A DNA stretch of 64,000 bases from an uncultured Bacilli bacterium (lineage in GTDB: Bacteria; Bacillota_I; Bacilli_A; RF39; UBA660): positions 53,411-117,410 of the forward strand of contig CAKPOS010000003.1 in the NCBI GenBank assembly GCA_934176955.1, in the 5' to 3' direction. Positions 9,448-16,010 of this stretch are shown in pieces. The notes under the pieces are model-generated. The model did no database searches and had not been told where the DNA came from. It saw only the letters and a program-made list of their open reading frames with translations. A program made the translations under genes and the position numbers. Position 1 is the stretch's first letter. Each line of letters begins with the position of its first letter.

Positions 9448-10008
9448 GTGGGTAATAAGGAAAAAAATTATAAAAATCAATTTTTAGGGGTTGTTAGTAC
9501 AATTATTAAAAGCATGGTTGTATTGGTAATAATGGGAGTTATAATGTTTTATCTATCTAAGTTAGGCTCTAAGATTTATCTTTATCATTCAATTGATTAT
9601 GATGGAGTTAAATGTAGTAAAGGTGTATGTTGGCATGAAACTTTTTTGACTAATATTAAATGGATAGATTCTTTTTATGGATCAATAGGTATAATTATAT
9701 TTATTTTCATTAATTGTTTTAGTTTTTTATTTTATAATTATATGATAAAGAAATTTAAGAATTGTAAAATTGTTGTTAGTAAAATTTTATTTATCATATT
9801 TAGTTGTCTTGTTAATTTTTCAATGTCATTGTCATATAGAATCGATGTTACCCCTTGGTTTGTTACCCCTTGGTTTAAAAATAATATTCTTAATATTTTA
9901 AATAAAATAATAATACTTCGTGGACTTAAATTGTGGCCAATAATATTTTTAAGCATTTATATTGGGGAATATCTTTATCATAAAAAGAAAAAGTTAAAGG
10001 ATTCTTAA
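9448..10008 (+). CDS. hypothetical multi-pass membrane protein
   Basis: About 5 hydrophobic helices. AGGAG RBS lies 8 nt before GTG 9448; the track start 9397 is also possible. Contains the VTPWFVTPWF duplication. Confidence 0.5.
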   Translation: MGNKEKNYKNQFLGVVSTIIKSMVVLVIMGVIMFYLSKLGSKIYLYHSIDYDGVKCSKGVCWHETFLTNIKWIDSFYGSIGIIIFIFINCFSFLFYNYMIKKFKNCKIVVSKILFIIFSCLVNFSMSLSYRIDVTPWFVTPWFKNNILNILNKIIILRGLKLWPIIFLSIYIGEYLYHKKKKLKDS

Positions 10009-10118
10009 ATTACTGTTTCATTTTTAGTTATAAGTTTAGATGAAGATTTAATGTGAATACTTATAATATGATTAATTTATTTTTTATGAAATTAAGGAAA
10101 GGGGAATGAAATATGTGT

Positions 10119-10163
10119 AAAAACAATTAAGTAATATATGTGATATATCCTTAATTGTTTTTT
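10119..10163 (+). terminator. strong hairpin terminator
   Basis: 13-bp perfect stem aaaaacaattaag / cttaattgttttt with an 18-nt loop and a T-rich tail. Confidence 0.6.
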
Positions 10164-10277
10164 GTTATTGTATCAAATTTATTTTGAGAAGTCTTTAGTT
10201 TTAATTTTATTTACAAAATAAAACTTGTGTGAAATAAATTTAAATGGTAATATAAGAAATGCTTAAAAGGAGGAATT

Positions 10278-11378
10278 ATGGAAAATAATAAATTTAAACA
10301 ATTTTGTAGTTCTATTGATTATGATACTTATTATAAACTTCAAACTATTTTTGGATTTTCTAGTGTTGGGGTTTCTTTGACTAGTGATTTGATGTTATCA
10401 CAATATCCAATTTTGGGTAGTTCATTTGAAGTTTTAACATATCTTTTGTTTTCTGTATATTGTGGATTGTTTTTTTCGAAGGGTAAATATTATACAAAAG
10501 ATTTTAATCAAATTAGAAGTTTATATCAAGAGTTTATTACTAATTATAATCAATTAAATGAAATATTTGATTTTAATGATCCTATTCAAATTTATGTAAT
10601 GTATAATTATTTATTGGAAAAAGGTTATTTGTCTGTGAATAAAAAATTTGAATATTTAAACCAAGCGGGAAAGGATATTAAAATATTATATGGTGCAGAT
10701 GTTATAATGGGAAAAGGATGTTGTCGACATATTTCTGCTATGCTTACAGATATTTTAAATGATTATGGAATTGAATCTAGTCAATTAGGAGTATATTCAT
10801 TTAGATATGGTGTAAATGTAAAATTTTTAGAATATCCAAAATATACAAAAGAGGAATTAATTGATTGGGTTCAAACTCATATAACTGCTGAAAATACGTA
10901 TATGAAAATGATGGAGATTATTAAAAATTTAGTTGATGAAGAAGGATTAAGTATTGAATTGTCAACTAGGATTACTAAAGATAAAAATATATTAAAAAGA
11001 AAAATTGGTAATCATGCAATAACTTTTTCAGTTAAAGATGGGAAGAGTTATTATTTGGATCCTACTGAAGTGGTAATTTATAGGGTGAATGAGGAAGATA
11101 AAAATATATTGTGTGATGGAAAAGGAAATGCTATTTCAATTAAATTTTTGGGCTCAACTATTTTAAATGATTTTTCAGATTATTTGAAAAAAGAGGTATT
11201 ACAGCAATATCCTAGTGTTACTCGGGAAGAAGAGAAGAAAATGATTGTAAAAACGACTATGGATTGTAAAAATAATATGGATATATTTGAAAAGTTTTAT
11301 CATGAAAATAAGGATTTATATGGTGATATTTCTGATAAAATGTTAAAAATTAAGAAGAAGCCATTTATGGGCAGATAA
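10278..11378 (+). CDS. membrane-anchored transglutaminase-like cysteine peptidase (putative)
   Basis: Two N-terminal hydrophobic helices. GKGCCRHISAMLTDILNDYGIES resembles the transglutaminase-core G-x-C-x-x-F/I-A motif. A later GNHAITF...YYLDPTE gives a Cys-His-Asp arrangement. Confidence 0.55.
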   Translation: MENNKFKQFCSSIDYDTYYKLQTIFGFSSVGVSLTSDLMLSQYPILGSSFEVLTYLLFSVYCGLFFSKGKYYTKDFNQIRSLYQEFITNYNQLNEIFDFNDPIQIYVMYNYLLEKGYLSVNKKFEYLNQAGKDIKILYGADVIMGKGCCRHISAMLTDILNDYGIESSQLGVYSFRYGVNVKFLEYPKYTKEELIDWVQTHITAENTYMKMMEIIKNLVDEEGLSIELSTRITKDKNILKRKIGNHAITFSVKDGKSYYLDPTEVVIYRVNEEDKNILCDGKGNAISIKFLGSTILNDFSDYLKKEVLQQYPSVTREEEKKMIVKTTMDCKNNMDIFEKFYHENKDLYGDISDKMLKIKKKPFMGR

Positions 11379-11528
11379 GTGAAAAATACTTATTTAGATG
11401 ATTTCTATAAAAGAGAAAGAATTTATTTAGGTATTTTTTTAATTAAATGGTTTAATATTTTTAGAAAGTGGTATTAAAAAAGGAGGTTGTATATTCTTAA
11501 AATATATGATTATTTGTCTAAATACAAG

Positions 11529-11549
11529 TGTAACTATTTACACCCTAAA
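11529..11549. repeat. left arm of a 21-bp inverted repeat (tgtaactatttacaccctaaa)
   Basis: The reverse complement of 11992-12012 matches at 20/21 positions. Confidence 0.8.
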
Positions 11550-11566
11550 AAAATACATAACAAATG

Positions 11567-11590
11567 CCAGCTACTTAAGTAGCTGGTTTT
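11567..11590. terminator. hairpin terminator between convergent genes
   Basis: ccagctac-ttaa-gtagctgg followed by tttt on the + strand. Confidence 0.6.
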
Positions 11591-11620
11591 AGCTTATCTA
11601 ATTCATCAAAAGTATATGGT

Positions 11621-11911
11621 TCACCATTTACAAGTTTTTTTATTAACTTCTTTTTGAACTTTTTCTTCAACAGTTTTATTAAAATCATCTGTTAGTGAGA
11701 TATATCCCTTTTTATAATAATTTTGAAGATTATTAACTCTATTGACTTCCTTTTTTAAATCTTTTACTTTGCTTTTCAATTCTTGATTTTTTTGTTCTAA
11801 TTCATCTATTTTTTTTGAAGGAATCATCAAGTTTTTTTTTTTTTTTTTTTTTTTATTTAGTTCATCAATTTGTTCTTTTTCACGATTAATATTATCATCC
11901 ATGATTTTCAC
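11621..11911 (-). CDS. small Lys-rich coiled-coil protein containing an A23 tract
   Basis: 96-aa ORF with heptad-like EQ/K-rich sequence. It stays in frame across 23 consecutive A residues (11832-11854), which encode KKKKKKK. Confidence 0.45.
   Translation of the reverse strand: MKIMDDNINREKEQIDELNKKKKKKKNLMIPSKKIDELEQKNQELKSKVKDLKKEVNRVNNLQNYYKKGYISLTDDFNKTVEEKVQKEVNKKTCKW
11832..11854. repeat. homopolymer T23 (A23 on the coding strand)
   Basis: Counted directly from the sequence. Confidence 0.95.
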
Positions 11912-11991
11912 TACTTTCTACAATACATAGATTATAACAAAAAAGATTATAAATTAAAAGCATAAATTATAGGATATTCGCATACTCAAAA

Positions 11992-12012
11992 TTTAGGGTG
12001 TGAATAGTTACA
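11992..12012. repeat. right arm of the 21-bp inverted repeat (tttagggtgtgaatagttaca)
   Basis: Pairs with 11529-11549. Confidence 0.8.
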
Positions 12013-12041
12013 ACGAACTAGTTATCTACATGTGAAAAAAC

Positions 12042-12070
12042 TTGCTTTTTTTTTTTTTTTTTGATATTTT
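12042..12070 (+). promoter_or_regulatory. candidate promoter whose spacer is a T17 homopolymer (12046-12062)
   Basis: TTGCTT (12042-12047), 17-nt spacer made almost entirely of T, then TATTTT (12065-12070). It lies 57 nt upstream of the GTG start at 12127. Confidence 0.35.
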
Positions 12071-12126
12071 TTAGATAACTAGAAGATAAATAATTTTTAA
12101 TTATAGCGGTTGGAGAGTGGTTCTAG

Positions 12127-14742
12127 GTGAAGAAAGATAAAAGGAAAATAATTGGGGGATTTGTTGGGATAATATTATTTATGTGTTGTGTTACTTATTT
12201 TACGTATGCTTTTTATCAATGGAAGAGTGGTAATAGTGATGTTAATTTAACGATTAAAGATTCAACTGGAGGAGGAGAATGTTCTAATGGACCTAATGTA
12301 GATGTTTCTAATATTGGGCCTGTTTTAAATGTTAGTGATGGAGTAAAAGCTAACTTTTCTGTAAAAAATAAAAGTTCTTCTAGTATTTCTTTAACTTTAG
12401 GGTTAAAGATTACTTCAATTAGTAATCCTCTTAGAGTAGAATCTTTTAAATATGCTTTATATCAAGATACAACAGGGAATGATACTTTTGATTATAGTAC
12501 TAATCCTATTTTATCAGGTGATTTTAGTAAAATGCGTGTAGGAGATAATACATTATCTACTACTTTAACAGTAGAAAAGGAAAGTACTTATTCTTTTCAA
12601 TTTATTGTCTATATAGATGGAAATATGGAGAATGATTCTTCAATGATGAATAGTAGCTTATCCGCTTCAATTACTTATGGAGATTGTACGAATCCTTATA
12701 CCTATTTAGCAAGTGTTGAGCCGGGTAGTTATGTAAAATATATAGGTAATAATGGTTGCTCAGGAAAGTCTTGTGAAGGGCAGAATGCAAACTATGTTAG
12801 TGATACGGATATGGGATATTGTTATGGTTCAAGTTACAAATATAATGCAAATGGATGGCGCGTTGCTTATGTAAAAGATGGTACAGCTTATTTAACTAGT
12901 GCAGGTTCCCCTGAATGTATGTGTACGAATAATGATGGGACATCAGGGACAAGTTGTAATGGTTATGAAACAACGGATGGGATACCTAAGCATATAGCAA
13001 ATTTAAATTCAAAAGCTTTAGCTTACTGCAACAGTACTTATGCGTATGGGGGAAAGTGTGACAGTAATAGTGCATGGAATATGGCAGATGCAGACTTTCA
13101 AACTATTACAGGTGATAATTTAATTACAGCTTATAAAAAATCAAATTATAATAGTTATTCCATTATTAATAATGGGGGATATTATTGGTTTGCGACATCT
13201 GATTTTTCGTCCATGGTTGCGTTCTATTGGTACCCGAGCAATTGGAATGTGAATAGCAGCCGCTCGGAATTTGCGTACGGTCTTCGTCCAGTCCTACGTC
13301 TTGCCTCTTCCGTCATCGTGACAGGAGGCTCAGGTACCTATGAAGATCCTTATACAATTACAAATAAAATCACTAAGTTATCTGAAGCTGGAGAAGGTTC
13401 TTATGTAAAATATACAGGAAATAATGGTTGTTCAGGAAAGTCTTGTGAAGGACAGAATGCAAACTATGTCAGTGATACTGATATGGGATATTGCGATGAT
13501 TCTAGTTATAAATTTAACGCAAATGGTTGGCGTGTTGCTTATGTAAATGATGGTACAGCTTATTTAGCTAGTGCAGGATCACCTGAATGTATGTGTACCG
13601 ATAGTGATGGAACAGCAGGGACAAGTTGTAGTAATGATGAAGAAACAGGCGGATTGCCAAAACATATAGCAAATTTAAATTCAAAAGCTTTAGCTTACTG
13701 CAACAGTACTTATGCGTATGGGGGAAAGTGTGACAGTAATAGTGCATGGAATATAGCAGATGGCGACTTTCAAACTATTACAGGTGATACTTTAAGTACA
13801 CGTTTTAACTACTCAGGTGGTTATTATGATAGTTATTCCATTATTAATAATGGAGGATATTATTGGTTCGCGACGCCTCTTAGTTCCTCGTCCTCGTACG
13901 CTTTCATTTGGGACCCGAGCGGCTATCGAAAAGTGGCCGGCAGCTTCTCCAATATTTCGAACGGTCTTCGTCCCGTCCTACGTCTTGCTTCTTCCGTCGT
14001 CGTGACTGGAGGCTCTGGTACTTATGAAGATCCTTATACGATTTCAAACGGAAACACTAAGTTATCTGAAGTGGCACCCGGTAGTTATGTTAAATATACA
14101 GGAAATAATGGTTGCTCAGGAAAGTCCTGTGAAGGGCAAAATGCTAACTATGTTAGTGATACCAATATGGGATATTGTTATAATTTTGATTATAAATATA
14201 ATGCAAATGGATGGCGCGTTGCTTATGTAAAAGATGGTACAGCTTATTTAACTAGTGCAGGTTCCCCTGAATGTATGTGTACGAATAGTAATGGTGTAGC
14301 TGGAACAAGTTGTGGTAGTGATGATGTGGAAGAAACAAACGGATTGCCAAAACATATAGCAAATTTAAATACAAAAGCTTTAGCTTATTGTAATAGTACT
14401 TATGCGTATGGCGGAAAATGTGATAGTAATAGTGCGTGGAATATGGTAGATGCAGACTTTCAAGCAATAACAGGGGATACATTAAGTGCAGCTTATGATC
14501 AATCAGGTGGTTATTATGATAGTTATTCCATTATTAATAATGGAGGATATTATTGGTTCGCGACGCCTCATAAATCCACGTCCACGTTAGCGTTCTATTG
14601 GGCTCCGAGTGATCGACTCGTGAACAACTACTACTCGAACAGCGCGTACGGCCTTCGTCCAGTCCTACGTCTTCAATCTTCCGTCACTGTGACAGGAGGT
14701 ACAGGAACATATGTAGATCCATATAAGATTGAAATTAAATAA
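12127..14742 (+). CDS. surface/secreted protein with an N-terminal signal anchor, an Ig-like region and three tandem Cys-rich modules ending in GLRPVLRL
   Basis: 871-aa ORF with GGAGAG RBS and GTG start. The TM segment is IIGGFVGIILFMCCVTYFTYAF. The triplicated module is described under findings. Confidence 0.8.
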   Translation: MKKDKRKIIGGFVGIILFMCCVTYFTYAFYQWKSGNSDVNLTIKDSTGGGECSNGPNVDVSNIGPVLNVSDGVKANFSVKNKSSSSISLTLGLKITSISNPLRVESFKYALYQDTTGNDTFDYSTNPILSGDFSKMRVGDNTLSTTLTVEKESTYSFQFIVYIDGNMENDSSMMNSSLSASITYGDCTNPYTYLASVEPGSYVKYIGNNGCSGKSCEGQNANYVSDTDMGYCYGSSYKYNANGWRVAYVKDGTAYLTSAGSPECMCTNNDGTSGTSCNGYETTDGIPKHIANLNSKALAYCNSTYAYGGKCDSNSAWNMADADFQTITGDNLITAYKKSNYNSYSIINNGGYYWFATSDFSSMVAFYWYPSNWNVNSSRSEFAYGLRPVLRLASSVIVTGGSGTYEDPYTITNKITKLSEAGEGSYVKYTGNNGCSGKSCEGQNANYVSDTDMGYCDDSSYKFNANGWRVAYVNDGTAYLASAGSPECMCTDSDGTAGTSCSNDEETGGLPKHIANLNSKALAYCNSTYAYGGKCDSNSAWNIADGDFQTITGDTLSTRFNYSGGYYDSYSIINNGGYYWFATPLSSSSSYAFIWDPSGYRKVAGSFSNISNGLRPVLRLASSVVVTGGSGTYEDPYTISNGNTKLSEVAPGSYVKYTGNNGCSGKSCEGQNANYVSDTNMGYCYNFDYKYNANGWRVAYVKDGTAYLTSAGSPECMCTNSNGVAGTSCGSDDVEETNGLPKHIANLNTKALAYCNSTYAYGGKCDSNSAWNMVDADFQAITGDTLSAAYDQSGGYYDSYSIINNGGYYWFATPHKSTSTLAFYWAPSDRLVNNYYSNSAYGLRPVLRLQSSVTVTGGTGTYVDPYKIEIK
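12691..14715 (+). repeat. three tandem coding repeats: R1 12691-13344, R2 13345-14028, R3 14029-14715
   Basis: Unit boundaries are set at the recurring (D/N)PYT(I/Y) motif. R1 and R2 share a 92-nt perfectly identical stretch (12991-13082 = 13663-13754). Confidence 0.9.
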
Positions 14743-14927
14743 GTTAAGTTCTTATAAGTAGAGATTGACTTTTATGTGGAAAGATAATGAATATTTTATT
14801 ATATGGCATGTAAATTCTTCAATGAATTTCATGTCATATTTTTTATGGATAAAAGAGTAATGATATTTGCAAAATTTAAAAACTAATGGGATAGAATATT
14901 TATAAGTATTTTACTTTTTAAAAAAAA

Positions 14928-14954
14928 TTAGCAATTATTTCTTGACATTGCTAA
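14928..14954 (+). promoter_or_regulatory. CIRCE-like HrcA operator 1, overlapping the hrcA promoter
   Basis: TTAGCAATT-N9-CATTGCTAA. TTGACA (14942-14947) lies inside the spacer, and TATAAT (14965-14970) is 17 nt downstream. Confidence 0.7.
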
Positions 14955-14974
14955 TATAATATACTATAATGAAT

Positions 14975-15001
14975 CTAGCATTCGGGAAAAGGAATTGCTA
15001 A
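14975..15001 (+). promoter_or_regulatory. CIRCE-like HrcA operator 2, overlapping the hrcA RBS
   Basis: CTAGCATTC-N9-AATTGCTAA. Confidence 0.55.
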
Positions 15002-15014
15002 GGAGTGGTAAAAG

Positions 15015-16010
15015 ATGATATCTGAAAGAGAAAATCAAATTTTAAGAATCATTGTAGAAGAATATATCAAAACAGCTAAACCAGTAAGTTCCTCTCATAT
15101 TTGTAAAAACATCAAATGTTCTAGTGCTACCATTCGTAATGAAATGGTATACTTAGAAGATTTAGGATATTTAGAGAAAAATCATTTTGCATCAGGAAGA
15201 ATTCCTAGTGAAAAGGGATATAAGTATTATGTAGATAATTTAATGCAACCAAAGAATATGACTGGGGAAGATATGTTAAAACTACAAACGATTTTTAAAA
15301 ATCAATCTCTTGATTTATCAGATACGATTAAGAAGAGTATTGAACTTGTTTCAGAAATTACCAATTACACTTCAATAGTATTAGGGACAAGTGCTAAAAT
15401 TAATCGGTTGAAGCAGGTAGAAATTGTTCCTCTAGAAGAAAATAAAATTCTTACAATTGTTATTACGGATAAAGGAGTTGTAGAACATAAGAATCTTTAT
15501 TTACCTAATAATATTTCAACAGATGATGTCAGAAAAACAGTAGAGTTAATTAATAAGCTAGTTGTGGGTACTCCTATTAATGAGATATCAGAAAAACTAG
15601 AATATGAAGTAAAGCCGATTATTGGTAAGTATGTTAAACAACATGAAGTATTATACAATGCCTTTTATGATGCCTTCTCTGAATTTACTAGCAATAATAA
15701 TGATGTTCATTTTGTAGGAAAGAATAATTTTTTAAAGCAACCAGAGTTTTCTAATATTGAGAAAGTAAAAGAAATTCTTTCTAAGTTTGAAGATGTGAGT
15801 TCTATTAAGGAAGAAGAAAATAATGGGATTCATATTTATGTTGGTAGTGAATCAGAAATTACCAATGATACATCTGTTGTTAAGACAAAATATAATGTCA
15901 ATGGAGAAGAAGGAACGATTGCAATTGTAGGACCAAAAAGAATGGAATATGATAAAGTAGTGAGTCTACTAGATTATATTAAAAGTCATTTAGGAGGCGA
16001 AAATGAGTAA
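15015..16010 (+). CDS. hrcA: heat-inducible transcription repressor HrcA
   Basis: N-terminal winged-helix region (ERENQILRIIVEEYIKTAKPVSS). It is the first gene of the hrcA-grpE-dnaK-dnaJ order. Confidence 0.9.
   Translation: MISERENQILRIIVEEYIKTAKPVSSSHICKNIKCSSATIRNEMVYLEDLGYLEKNHFASGRIPSEKGYKYYVDNLMQPKNMTGEDMLKLQTIFKNQSLDLSDTIKKSIELVSEITNYTSIVLGTSAKINRLKQVEIVPLEENKILTIVITDKGVVEHKNLYLPNNISTDDVRKTVELINKLVVGTPINEISEKLEYEVKPIIGKYVKQHEVLYNAFYDAFSEFTSNNNDVHFVGKNNFLKQPEFSNIEKVKEILSKFEDVSSIKEEENNGIHIYVGSESEITNDTSVVKTKYNVNGEEGTIAIVGPKRMEYDKVVSLLDYIKSHLGGENE

Noticed and set aside
11488-11590. Small ORFs of 28-31 aa after the AAGGAGG at 11480
   Set aside because: Start-codon spacing to the RBS-like sequence is wrong for both candidates (1 nt or 20 nt). 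The reading frames run through the IR arm and the terminator hairpin.
11621-11911. The 96-aa basic helical ORF as a DGR accessory protein (Avd), implying a local DGR cassette
   Set aside because: No reverse transcriptase or template repeat lies adjacent, and 14743-15014 downstream is short AT-rich non-coding DNA. The sequence is a simple K/E coiled-coil rather than an Avd-like four-helix bundle. Any DGR machinery would have to be elsewhere in the genome.
13817-14482. Track ORFs 13817-14005 (+), 14024-14230 (+) and 14252-14482 (-) inside the surface-protein gene
   Set aside because: They lie in alternative frames or antisense within a long, well-supported CDS. The first is open only because the GC-rich block lacks AT-rich stop codons. 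None has an RBS or recognisable sequence.
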